Shown here: piece after piece, positions 27,799 through 36,490 of the stretch
Numbering within the stretch: position 1 is the first letter of the stretch
Layout: every line of letters begins with the position of its first letter
Source: an uncultured Gammaproteobacteria bacterium
GTDB lineage: Bacteria; Patescibacteriota; Microgenomatia; UBA1406; GWC2-37-13
Direction of reading: 5' to 3'
Assembly: GCA_964559705.1 (NCBI GenBank)
Contig: CAZLGV010000001.1
Span: 447,322-511,321 of the forward strand
Length of the DNA stretch: 64,000 nucleotides
Notes under the pieces: generated by a model
Told to the model about the DNA's origin: nothing
Databases searched by the model: none
What the model saw: only the letters and a program-made list of their open reading frames with translations
Position numbers and translations under genes: made by a program

Positions 27799-29331
27799 AT
27801 GCATTATAGCCTTCACAGACATTCTATTTATCCTCAAGGTGAAGTGTATAGAAATTTGCCAATTGCTGATCTTGTCTCTCAAGCTATAAAGAAAAAAGAA
27901 GCGGTCTTGAGTAAAAAAGGTGCAGTTGTTGTCTACACAGGGAAATATACGGGAAGATCACCAAATGATAAATTTATTGTTGACACAGCCTCGGTCCATA
28001 ACAAGATTGACTGGGGGAAGATAAATGTTCCAATCAGCCAGAAATATTTTAAGCGACTTTATAAAAAAATAACTTCATATCTTTCAGGACTTGATCATTT
28101 ATATCTTTTTGACGGATTTGTCGGTGCAGATGAAAAATATAAATTGCATGTTCGGGTAATTTCGGAATATGCATATCAATCGCTTTTCATGCAGCATTTG
28201 CTTCGCCGTCCAACAGCGGAAGAACTTACTAGACATTCTCCTCAATTTACAGTTTTATCTGCTCCTGGTTGTATTTCGGATCCAAATGAGGATGGAACGA
28301 ACTCCGAAGTATTTATTGTTCTGAATTTCGAAAGAAGGGTAGTTTTAATCGGTGGTACCAAATACGCAGGAGAAATGAAGAAATCAATTTTCAGCCTAAT
28401 GAATTATCTTTTACCACTGAAAGGTGTTTTACCGATGCATGCCTCAGCTAATATTGGTCAAGATGGAAGCTGCGCTTTGTTTTTTGGTTTATCTGGTACA
28501 GGAAAAACCACATTATCTGCTGATCCCAAGAGAATGTTGATTGGTGATGATGAACATGGATGGTCGGAAAATGGCATATTTAACTTTGAGGGAGGTTGTT
28601 ATGCCAAATGCATTAACTTGAAACAAGAAAACGAACCCTTAATTTGGGATGCTATCCGAGATGGTGCTTTGGTCGAAAATGTAGTTATGAGAAAAGATGG
28701 ATCATTTGACTTTACAAATAAAAGCATTACCGAGAATACAAGAGTTGGCTACCCACTTGACTATATTAAGAACGCAGTTATATCCGGAGTCGGCCCACAC
28801 CCCAAAACTATCATTTTTCTTACAGCCGACGCCTTTGGTTTGTTGCCACCGGTGGCAAAATTAACTACCCAATCTGCAATCTATCATTTTTTATCTGGTT
28901 ATACCTCAAAACTGGCTGGAACAGAACGGGGAATAGTCACTCCCAAAGCCACATTTTCTGCCTATTTCGGAGCTCCCTTTATGCCTCTTAAGCCTAAAGT
29001 TTATGCTGATCTGTTAAAAAAATATCTCAGCCAATATAAAAGTCAGGTCTATTTGATCAATACCGGTTGGATTGGCGGCCCCTATGGTGTTGGTAAGCGC
29101 ATTAGTATTGGGGATACGCGAAAGATTGTAGACGCTGTTTTAAAGAGTAAAATACCAGAGAGTTTCCGACACGATACGGTCTTTAATCTGGCAGTGCCAA
29201 AAAAAATTGTCGGCATTGATACAAAACTACTCAATCCAAGATCACTGTGGAAAGATAAGAAAGCTTACGATAAAAAAGCCAGAGAGTTAGCCAATCTTTT
29301 TCAGGATAATTTCCGAAAGTTTTCATTATGA
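27799..29331 (+). CDS. pckA: Phosphoenolpyruvate carboxykinase (ATP)
   Basis: YTGRSPNDKF, GLSGTGKTTLS, GDDEHGW and NTGW motifs. Confidence 0.9.
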   Translation: MHYSLHRHSIYPQGEVYRNLPIADLVSQAIKKKEAVLSKKGAVVVYTGKYTGRSPNDKFIVDTASVHNKIDWGKINVPISQKYFKRLYKKITSYLSGLDHLYLFDGFVGADEKYKLHVRVISEYAYQSLFMQHLLRRPTAEELTRHSPQFTVLSAPGCISDPNEDGTNSEVFIVLNFERRVVLIGGTKYAGEMKKSIFSLMNYLLPLKGVLPMHASANIGQDGSCALFFGLSGTGKTTLSADPKRMLIGDDEHGWSENGIFNFEGGCYAKCINLKQENEPLIWDAIRDGALVENVVMRKDGSFDFTNKSITENTRVGYPLDYIKNAVISGVGPHPKTIIFLTADAFGLLPPVAKLTTQSAIYHFLSGYTSKLAGTERGIVTPKATFSAYFGAPFMPLKPKVYADLLKKYLSQYKSQVYLINTGWIGGPYGVGKRISIGDTRKIVDAVLKSKIPESFRHDTVFNLAVPKKIVGIDTKLLNPRSLWKDKKAYDKKARELANLFQDNFRKFSL

Positions 29332-30494
29332 TTTCTCAACAAGCAAAAAATATTTCTCCATCAGCAACACTGGCTATAAACGCCCAGGCGAAAGCCATGA
29401 AAAAGCAGGGGATAGATGTAATATCTTTTGCTGCAGGAGAACCGGATTTTGATACTCCCCCAAATATCAAACAGGCTGCAATTCAGGCAATAAAATCAGG
29501 ATTCACCAAATATACTCCAACCAGCGGTATCCCAGAACTGAAACAGGTTATCGCGGAAAAATTCCAGAGAGATAATGGACTGAACTATACTCCGTCTCAA
29601 ATTTTGGTTTCAAACGGAGCAAAACACTGCCTCTATAATATTTTTCAAGCATTACTCGACCCAGGTGATGAAGTACTTATTCCTGTTCCATACTGGGTTT
29701 CATACGAAGAGGAAGTCAAACTTGCTGGCGGGAGATGTATTTTTGTTCCCGCAAATAGCAACTTTAAAATTAACCAGAAAGTTTTAAATAAATTTATGAC
29801 ATTAAAAACCAAAGCCCTGATCATCAACTCTCCTGCAAATCCCACAGGAGTTGTTTATGAAAAAAAAGAACTCCAGGAGATTTCGAAATTTTGTTTAAAA
29901 AACAAGATCTATGTTATCAGTGATGAGATTTATGAAAAGCTAATTTATGGTAAAAAGCATTACAGTATTGCCGCACTTAATAAAGATATATATGGTTTGT
30001 CTATTATCGTCAATGGAGTTTCTAAAACCTACGCAATGACTGGTTGGCGAATCGGCTATTGCGCGGGGCCAGAGGATTTGATAAAAGCAGCCAGTGCCCT
30101 TCAAGATCATTCGACATCTAATCCAAATAGCATTGCTCAGAAAGCAGCCTTGGCGGCGCTGGCAGGGTCGCAGGCTAGCGTTACAAAGATGAAAAAAGAA
30201 TATCTTAAGCGCAGAAATTATATGGCCAATCGACTTAATCAGATGAAAAATATTTCAGCTCATAGGCCAGATGGAGCATTTTATGTTTTTGTTGATGTTT
30301 CAAATTTATATACCAAAGAAATTCCAGGGTCAACAGCTTTCTGTGAAAAATTATTAAGCAAGTATTATGTGGCAGCAGTGCCGGGAATTGCTTTCGGAGA
30401 CGACCGCTTTATTCGCTTAAGTTTTGCCACCGGTATGCAAGCGATAAAAAAAGGCCTCGATAGGCTGGAAGAGTTCGTTAACAAAAATTCTTAG
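29328..30494 (+). CDS. Pyridoxal-phosphate-dependent aminotransferase class I (aspartate aminotransferase-like)
   Basis: GEPDFDTP, NSPANPTG, and SKTYAMTGWRIGY (PLP lysine). Confidence 0.85.
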   Translation: MISQQAKNISPSATLAINAQAKAMKKQGIDVISFAAGEPDFDTPPNIKQAAIQAIKSGFTKYTPTSGIPELKQVIAEKFQRDNGLNYTPSQILVSNGAKHCLYNIFQALLDPGDEVLIPVPYWVSYEEEVKLAGGRCIFVPANSNFKINQKVLNKFMTLKTKALIINSPANPTGVVYEKKELQEISKFCLKNKIYVISDEIYEKLIYGKKHYSIAALNKDIYGLSIIVNGVSKTYAMTGWRIGYCAGPEDLIKAASALQDHSTSNPNSIAQKAALAALAGSQASVTKMKKEYLKRRNYMANRLNQMKNISAHRPDGAFYVFVDVSNLYTKEIPGSTAFCEKLLSKYYVAAVPGIAFGDDRFIRLSFATGMQAIKKGLDRLEEFVNKNS

Positions 30495-31153
30495 ATCATT
30501 TTGTTTTCTTTCAGACTGAAGTATTCAGTTTCGCAAACTATAACATGGTCAATCACCTCGATACCCAGTAATTTACCCGATTCAATTAATTTCTTTGTTA
30601 TTTCCAAATCTTCACTTGAAGGTTGAGGATCAGAAGAAGGATGGTTATGAGCAAGAATTATTTGAGCTGCTAAATTGCGAATAGCAGGTTCAAATACTTC
30701 TCTAGGATGAACAAGACTTGCATTGAGTGTTCCAATGGATATTGTCTCTTTTCTTATTATTTGGTTTCTGATATCAAGATAAAAAGTCACAAAATATTCC
30801 TTTTTACTGCCTCGAATATCTTTCAATTCTAGAAATATTTCCTTTGGGGACATAACAAAAATTGCTTTTTTTCCTTTAAGAATTCTTTTACCCAGTTCTA
30901 TGCAGGCGATTATCTGGCTTGCTTTAATTAAGCCGATGCCTTTGATAAATGTTAAGTTCTTTAAAGTAACTTTATCTAAATCTTCTGTATTAATTTTATT
31001 CAAAACTTTTTTTGCTACTCCAACTACATTTTCTCCTTTTGCTCCTGAACCCAGGATTATTGCCAAAAGTTCTGCAGTGCTTAATTTATTAACTCCGTAT
31101 TTTAATAATTTCTCTCTGGGTCTATCAATCTTCAACAAATCTTTAATTCGCAT
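30491..31153 (-). CDS. radC: RadC-family JAB/MPN domain protein
   Basis: HhH region plus JAMM motif HNHPSSDPQPSSED. Confidence 0.85.
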   Translation of the reverse strand: MRIKDLLKIDRPREKLLKYGVNKLSTAELLAIILGSGAKGENVVGVAKKVLNKINTEDLDKVTLKNLTFIKGIGLIKASQIIACIELGKRILKGKKAIFVMSPKEIFLELKDIRGSKKEYFVTFYLDIRNQIIRKETISIGTLNASLVHPREVFEPAIRNLAAQIILAHNHPSSDPQPSSEDLEITKKLIESGKLLGIEVIDHVIVCETEYFSLKENKMI

Positions 31154-31246
31154 AAGTGTGTATGTTTTTACATGTTCGATGTTAGTTATTTATTGGCAAG
31201 TAGTCAATGGATTATAAGCCACAAAATTAGTAAAATAGAAGGTGCT

Positions 31247-31333
31247 GGAGAGGTGCCAGAGCGGTTGAATGGGCTGGTTTCGAAAACCAGTATGACTGCA
31301 AGGTCATCGTGGGTTCAAATCCCACCCTCTCCG
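31247..31333 (+). tRNA. tRNA-Ser (anticodon CGA), long variable arm, CCA not encoded
   Basis: Acceptor GGAGAGG/CCTCTCC; anticodon stem-loop CTGGT-TTCGAAA-ACCAG; variable arm TATGACTGCAAGGTCATCG; T-loop GGTTCAAATCC. The layout closely parallels E. coli tRNA-Ser(CGA). Confidence 0.9.
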
Positions 31334-32491
31334 CAATAGTTTTGTTGCGAAATCTACTTTGCCCTCATCAAGTAGGGGATAAATTCTTTTGGCTTTCTCA
31401 ATTTTTTTATCTTCAGAAAAAAGCGTAGGTTGTTGTATTTGAGAGTCTTCAAGATCAGAAATTGTGCAGCCGGTAGTCCGATAGACAAGCTCTGGATTAT
31501 AGACTTTTGCAAAGGCTTCCCTAAGTTCTTCTCTAATGATCAGAGGTAAATTAGTTTTTTGGTTAAGTTTGATTTCCACTGTTTGGTATTTAAATTGCTG
31601 GGTTTTTAAATAGATATGAATTTTTCCAACTTGGTATTGATAGCGGCGGGCCGTTTCGAAAGCATCTTCAACATGGTGAAGTAACTGCGACCACAAAAAA
31701 TCCTTATTTTTTGTTGGCGGAGTAAATGTTTGGGATCTAGTTATGGATTTATATGTTTCTTTAGGATTAGTATCTAATTCGTAGACTTTTTCTCCTCGAA
31801 GTTCTCGCCAGATCTCAAAAAAAGGTTTAGTTAAATTTTTTCTAATAAACTCCTCCTTTTTTAAAGCAAAATCAAGAGCTGATTTTACTCCCAGTTTTTT
31901 AAGATAAGAAGATGTATTTTCTCCAACACCCCAAACTTCTTCTATTTTTGTTGATTGAAGAAACTTTTCTATGCTTAAGCCGTCGATAAGCGTTAATCCA
32001 GAAGGTCTTTTGAAAGACGAAGCTACTTTGGAGAGTGTTTTGGTTAAGGAAATTCCAATCGAAACAGTTATATTTAGAGAATTTTCTATTTTATCCTTCA
32101 ATTCTTGTCCGATCTGCCGATAGCTCATCTTAAGGGGTCTTCTTAGACCCTTGAGATCGGCAAAACCTTCATCTATTGAATATTCTTCAACCGCAGGAGA
32201 AAACAGATCTAAAATTTGGAAGATTTTTTTGGAAAAAAGACTGTAAAGCTCATAGTCAGAATTGATAACTTTGCATTGGGGAAATTTCTTTCTGATCTCA
32301 AAAACAGGCATGGCTCTGGTTATACCTAACTTTTTTGCTTCTTGGGACATTGATGTGGCTACTCCTCGTTCTGCACCAGTTACAACAGGTTTTCCTTTAT
32401 AGCCGGGATTTAGAGCTTGAAAAACAGACACGAAGAAAGAATCTCCATCAAGGTGCAGAATTACGTTTGGCCACTTACGGACTTGAAACAT
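31304..32491 (-). CDS. dinB: DNA polymerase IV (Y-family)
   Basis: ILHLDGDSFFVSV and IDEGFADL motifs. The last 30 nt are antisense to tRNA-Ser. Confidence 0.85.
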   Translation of the reverse strand: MFQVRKWPNVILHLDGDSFFVSVFQALNPGYKGKPVVTGAERGVATSMSQEAKKLGITRAMPVFEIRKKFPQCKVINSDYELYSLFSKKIFQILDLFSPAVEEYSIDEGFADLKGLRRPLKMSYRQIGQELKDKIENSLNITVSIGISLTKTLSKVASSFKRPSGLTLIDGLSIEKFLQSTKIEEVWGVGENTSSYLKKLGVKSALDFALKKEEFIRKNLTKPFFEIWRELRGEKVYELDTNPKETYKSITRSQTFTPPTKNKDFLWSQLLHHVEDAFETARRYQYQVGKIHIYLKTQQFKYQTVEIKLNQKTNLPLIIREELREAFAKVYNPELVYRTTGCTISDLEDSQIQQPTLFSEDKKIEKAKRIYPLLDEGKVDFATKLLRRGWDLNPR

Positions 32492-33060
32492 TAATTACGC
32501 AACTTTCGTACCACCGCTTTAACGATTCCGAAGATTCGAAGCTCGGAACTTGGATAAAAAGGTGGATATTTGGGGTTTGCTGCTTCCAAATAGATAGATT
32601 TTTCGCTGTCTTTTTTGAGAATTTTAAGAGTCCACTCTCTATCGATTTCTGCCAGAACTATATCTCCAGGCAACGCGTCTTTTCTTCTCTCGACAACTAC
32701 AACGTCGCCTTCATAGATCCCAACTCCTATCAGAGAGTCCCCTTTGACTGTAAAAAGAAAAGAAGATATAGGGTCGCCTATCAAATACTCATCCAAAGTA
32801 AGATATTTTCTGTCCTCATCGGCAATGATTGGAAATCCGGCAGGAACAGTTCCCAAGAGGGGCAGAGCAAAGAATTTATCGGTTGGAGCAAGTTTATTAT
32901 TCATCTTCTTAATAAAGCCTTCTTCAATAAACTTTTGCACCAGTCTAAATATTGATTTTTTTGAGCGAAAACCAAACAAAGCTAGCATTTCAGAGTAAGA
33001 AGGTAAACGACGATTTTTTCGGTAGAATTTTTTAAGTTGGGATAGAAAATCGTTTCTCAT
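32491..33060 (-). CDS. lexA: LexA-like SOS repressor (S24 peptidase)
   Basis: N-terminal wHTH, cleavage-site-like VPAGFP, catalytic GDSL Ser and a downstream Lys (TLKILKK). The stop overlaps the dinB ATG (TAATG). Confidence 0.8.
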   Translation of the reverse strand: MRNDFLSQLKKFYRKNRRLPSYSEMLALFGFRSKKSIFRLVQKFIEEGFIKKMNNKLAPTDKFFALPLLGTVPAGFPIIADEDRKYLTLDEYLIGDPISSFLFTVKGDSLIGVGIYEGDVVVVERRKDALPGDIVLAEIDREWTLKILKKDSEKSIYLEAANPKYPPFYPSSELRIFGIVKAVVRKLRN

Positions 33061-33068
33061 ATAAACTT

Positions 33069-33086
33069 AGTAAACTTTCGTTTACT
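33069..33086. promoter_or_regulatory. Putative LexA operator 1: perfect palindrome AGTAAAC-N4-GTTTACT
   Basis: agtaaacTTTCgtttact, located 2 nt downstream of the lexA -10 (covers the expected TSS). Confidence 0.65.
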
Positions 33087-33087
33087 T

Positions 33088-33117
33088 AGTATAGTAAACA
33101 ATTGTTTACTTTGTCAA
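33088..33117 (-). promoter_or_regulatory. lexA promoter TTGACA-N18-TATACT
   Basis: The minus strand reads cccTTGACAaagtaaacaattgtttacTATACTaagtaaac...; 27-nt leader to the ATG. Confidence 0.55.
33093..33110. promoter_or_regulatory. Putative LexA operator 2: perfect palindrome AGTAAAC-N4-GTTTACT
   Basis: agtaaacAATTgtttact fills the spacer between the -35 and -10 of the lexA promoter. Confidence 0.65.
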
Positions 33118-33146
33118 GGGCAAAATAGGGTTATAAAAATTATAAG

Positions 33147-33155
33147 TGTTATAAT
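33147..33155 (+). promoter_or_regulatory. Extended -10 promoter TGtTATAAT, 6 nt upstream of the mscL ATG
   Basis: agTGtTATAATgcttatATG. Confidence 0.5.
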
Positions 33156-33161
33156 GCTTAT

Positions 33162-33473
33162 ATGAAAGGCTTCATTGAGTTTATAAGAGAGCGAGGAGTA
33201 GTTGGTTTTGCGATTGGTTTCATATTTGGTGGAGCAGTCACCAAGCTTGTTTCTGCATTAGTCACCGATATTATCAATCCCTTTGTTGGTCTTTTTTTTG
33301 GCTTTACAAAAAGCTTAGAAAAAGCCTATTTTCAAATCGGTCCGGCCAAAATACTCTGGGGAGATTTTGTTGCCACGCTGATTGACTTTATTATTTTAGC
33401 AGTAGTTATTTATCTTATCTTTAAAGGACTAAAATTAGAAAAGCTCGATATTAAGAAGAAAGAGACAAAATAA
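33162..33473 (+). CDS. mscL: Large-conductance mechanosensitive channel
   Basis: MKGFIEFIRERGVVGFAIGFIFGGAVTKLVSALVTDIINP is the typical MscL N-terminus/TM1; two TMs. Confidence 0.85.
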   Translation: MKGFIEFIRERGVVGFAIGFIFGGAVTKLVSALVTDIINPFVGLFFGFTKSLEKAYFQIGPAKILWGDFVATLIDFIILAVVIYLIFKGLKLEKLDIKKKETK

Positions 33474-33476
33474 CCA

Positions 33477-35579
33477 TTACCGCTTAGTTTCGGTCATGGC
33501 TCTTATTATGTTCTGAGGAACTTCTTCATAATGTGATGGTTCCATGTAGGAAACTCCTCTTCCTTCTGTCAATGAACGCAGAATTGTAACATAACCAGAT
33601 AATTCAGCCAGAGGAGCGTAAGATTTAATGATTACTGCCTTACCTCTTTTTTCCGTCCCCAAGATTTTGCCCCTTTTACTAGAAATATCTCCAATTACAA
33701 CTCCCATAAATTCTTCTGGCACTGTCACCTCGAGTTTCATAATCGGTTCAATAAGGGTTAAGCCTGCTTTTTTTGCGCCATCTTGTAGAGCCATGGAACC
33801 AGCTATTTTAAAGGCTATATCCGATGAATCTACATCATGGAAACTACCATCGTATAAAGTAACTTGAAGATCTGTTAGGGGATAGCCAAGGAGAACTCCT
33901 TTTTCCAAAGCTTCGATAACTCCTTTCTCAACTGAGGGGATAAACTCCGAGGGAATTGCTCCGCCTCTTATTTTATTAACAAACTTAAAGCCGGAATTAC
34001 GAGGCAAGGGCTCAATTTTTATCAGACAGTGACCGTATTGTCCGCGACCTCCGGTTTGTCTTATATATTTTCCTTCTGCCTCAGCAGATTTTTGGACAGT
34101 TTCTTTGTAGGCTACTTGAGGTTTGCCAACATTTGCGTTCATGCCCATTTCTCGCTTCATTCGATCTACCAGAATCTCAAGATGAAGTTCTCCCATTCCG
34201 GACATTATTGTCTGGCCGGTTTCATGATTTATTTTTACCCTAAATGTTGGGTCCTCGTCTGATAAGCGTTGGAGCGAAAAAGCTAATTTTTCCTGATCGG
34301 CTTTGGTTTTAGGTTCAATAGCCAAAGAAATCACAGGTTCGGGAAAGGTAATTTTCTCAAGAAGTATAGGAGCAGCTTGATCAGCTAAAGTATCACCTGT
34401 TGTTGTCTCCTTAGGACCAACCAAGGCAACAATTTCACCGGCATATGCGGTATCAACTTCTTCTCTTTGATTGGCGTGCATCAAGAGAATTCTACTTACC
34501 CTTTCCTGTTTTTCCTTTGTCGCATTAAAGACATAAGATCCTGATTTGATCATTCCGGAATAAATTCTGGTGTAAGTTATTTTTCCCACATGAGGATCAA
34601 GTTGTATCTTAAACGCCAGGGCTGAAAATTTTTCATCGGGTCTAAGTGCTCTTTTCTCATCATGACCTGTTTTAGGATTAATGCCTTTTACTTCTTTAAG
34701 ATCCAAAGGAGAAGGAAGATAATCTACTATTGCGTCAAGGATCGGTTGAACACCTTTATTTCGCAAAGAAGTACCACAATAAACAGGGATAAGTTTATAA
34801 GCAATAACAGCTTTACGAAGTGCAGCTTTTAATTCCTCGACTCTAATCTCATGAGTTTCGAGATATTTATGAAGCAATGCATCGTCGGTTTCGGCAATTT
34901 TTTCTACTAACCAGGATCGTTGTTCATTCACTTTTTGTTTTAAATCTTGCGGAATTGAATCGGAAATAGAATATTGGGTACCCTGTGGATCTTTATCCCA
35001 GATTAGAGCTTTCATTGTCAAAAGGTCAACCACTCCTTTGAAGTCTTGTTCTTTTCCAATAGGATAAGTCATGACTACTGGATTTGCTCCCAAACGGTCT
35101 CTTATTTCGGAGACCGTTTCTGTAAAGTTAGCGCCCAATTTGTCCATTTTGTTAATAAAACAAATCCTTGGAACTTTATATTTATCAGCCTGCCTCCAGA
35201 CTGTCTCGGATTGGCTTTGAACCCCTTCTTCTGCATCAAAAACGACAACACCTCCATCAAGAACACGAAGAGATCTCTCAACCTCTGCGGTGAAATCAAC
35301 ATGACCTGGAGTGTCAATGATGTTTATACGAACATCCTTCCAAAAGGTTGTTGTTGCCGCAGAAACAATAGTTATCCCTCTTTCTCTTTCTTGAGGCATC
35401 CAGTCCATTTGGGTGGTTCCGGCATCAATATCGCCAATTTTATAAGTTCTTCCTGTATAGAAAAGGATGCGCTCTGTTGTAGTTGTTTTACCAGAATCAA
35501 TATGGGCAATAATTCCCACATTTCTGATCGCATCCTGAGGGACATTCCGATCTTTTGTGATTATATGTTGTTGAGCCAT
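33477..35579 (-). CDS. fusA: Elongation factor G
   Basis: [17 protein letters not shown] and NKMD G-motifs; full 700-aa EF-G architecture. Confidence 0.95.
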   Translation of the reverse strand: MAQQHIITKDRNVPQDAIRNVGIIAHIDSGKTTTTERILFYTGRTYKIGDIDAGTTQMDWMPQERERGITIVSAATTTFWKDVRINIIDTPGHVDFTAEVERSLRVLDGGVVVFDAEEGVQSQSETVWRQADKYKVPRICFINKMDKLGANFTETVSEIRDRLGANPVVMTYPIGKEQDFKGVVDLLTMKALIWDKDPQGTQYSISDSIPQDLKQKVNEQRSWLVEKIAETDDALLHKYLETHEIRVEELKAALRKAVIAYKLIPVYCGTSLRNKGVQPILDAIVDYLPSPLDLKEVKGINPKTGHDEKRALRPDEKFSALAFKIQLDPHVGKITYTRIYSGMIKSGSYVFNATKEKQERVSRILLMHANQREEVDTAYAGEIVALVGPKETTTGDTLADQAAPILLEKITFPEPVISLAIEPKTKADQEKLAFSLQRLSDEDPTFRVKINHETGQTIMSGMGELHLEILVDRMKREMGMNANVGKPQVAYKETVQKSAEAEGKYIRQTGGRGQYGHCLIKIEPLPRNSGFKFVNKIRGGAIPSEFIPSVEKGVIEALEKGVLLGYPLTDLQVTLYDGSFHDVDSSDIAFKIAGSMALQDGAKKAGLTLIEPIMKLEVTVPEEFMGVVIGDISSKRGKILGTEKRGKAVIIKSYAPLAELSGYVTILRSLTEGRGVSYMEPSHYEEVPQNIIRAMTETKR

Positions 35580-35589
35580 AAGAGGAGTA

Positions 35590-36063
35590 TTACCACTTCA
35601 GGTGAGCGAAGGCTTTGTTCGCTTCTGCCAATTTCTCTGTTTGTAAACGCTTTGTAACCGCTTGGCCTTGATTTTCTGCTGCCTGCGTCAATTCGACATA
35701 GAGTTTTTTAGCAAAAGACTTGTATTCTTTTGAGGATCGCGACTGGGCTGCTTGAATAATCCAGTTAAGAGCCAAGAATAACTTTCTTTCTTTTCTGACC
35801 TCGATTGGGACAAGATATGAGGCTCCACCCAATCTTCTTGGTTTGACTTCATAGTTGGGAGCAACATTATTTATTGCCTGATGCAAAGTTTTTAAAGGCT
35901 CTTTTTTATCTTTTTTCAAAAATTCAAAAACAGCATAAACAATCCTTTGAGCAACAGTTTTTTTACCACCCTTCATGATGTAATTAACCAATTTTTCTAC
36001 CTCCTGACTTTTGTAAACAGGATCGGGCTTTGTATTAATTTTTTTAAATGGTCGACGTGGCAT
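35590..36063 (-). CDS. rpsG: 30S ribosomal protein S7
   Basis: MPRR..., conserved S7 core; str-operon position. Confidence 0.95.
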   Translation of the reverse strand: MPRRPFKKINTKPDPVYKSQEVEKLVNYIMKGGKKTVAQRIVYAVFEFLKKDKKEPLKTLHQAINNVAPNYEVKPRRLGGASYLVPIEVRKERKLFLALNWIIQAAQSRSSKEYKSFAKKLYVELTQAAENQGQAVTKRLQTEKLAEANKAFAHLKW

Positions 36064-36064
36064 T

Positions 36065-36490
36065 TTAAGTAGTAGCCTTTGCTGTTCCTAATTTTGTTCC
36101 GTATTTTGAGCGAGAAGTTTTGCGATCAACAACTCCAGCCGTATCGAATTTTCCTCTAACAATATGATATTTAACTCCAGACAGATCTTTAACTCTTCCC
36201 CCTCTAACTAAAACAATTGAGTGCTCTGCAAGATTATGACCAATTCCTTGAATATAAGCGGTAACCTCCATCTTGTTTGAAAGTCTGACTCTGGCAACCT
36301 TTCGTAAGGCAGAATTTGGTTTTCTTGGAGTCATTGTTCTAACCACCGTGCAAACACCTCTTTTCAAAGGGCTAATAGTATCAACATACCTTCTTTTCAA
36401 GCTATTGAAGCTTGTTTTTAAAGCAACGGTTCTAGATTTTTTTAGTCTCTTTTTTCTCCCCTTCTTTATCAATTGGTTGACTGTGGGCAT
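36065..36490 (-). CDS. rpsL: 30S ribosomal protein S12
   Basis: [13 protein letters not shown]...[17 protein letters not shown]. Confidence 0.95.
   Translation of the reverse strand: MPTVNQLIKKGRKKRLKKSRTVALKTSFNSLKRRYVDTISPLKRGVCTVVRTMTPRKPNSALRKVARVRLSNKMEVTAYIQGIGHNLAEHSIVLVRGGRVKDLSGVKYHIVRGKFDTAGVVDRKTSRSKYGTKLGTAKATT

Noticed and set aside
31211-31223. A 13-mer, ATTATAAGCCACA, shared between the tRNA-Ser upstream region and 56855-56867 downstream of rpoD.
   Set aside because: Tens of exact 13-mer matches are expected by chance in 64 kb of AT-rich sequence on two strands. There is no extended similarity around it.
31334-33160. A possible genomic island integrated at the 3' end of tRNA-Ser (dinB-lexA).
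   Set aside because: There is no integrase, no direct repeat of the tRNA 3' end, and lexA-dinB is a common chromosomal cassette.
35046-35657. A 203-aa plus-strand ORF opposite fusA, and a similar 206-aa ORF at 32335-32955 opposite dinB/lexA.
   Set aside because: They are antisense to strongly conserved genes and have Cys/Ser/Phe-rich nonsense-like sequence, no motifs and no promoter context.
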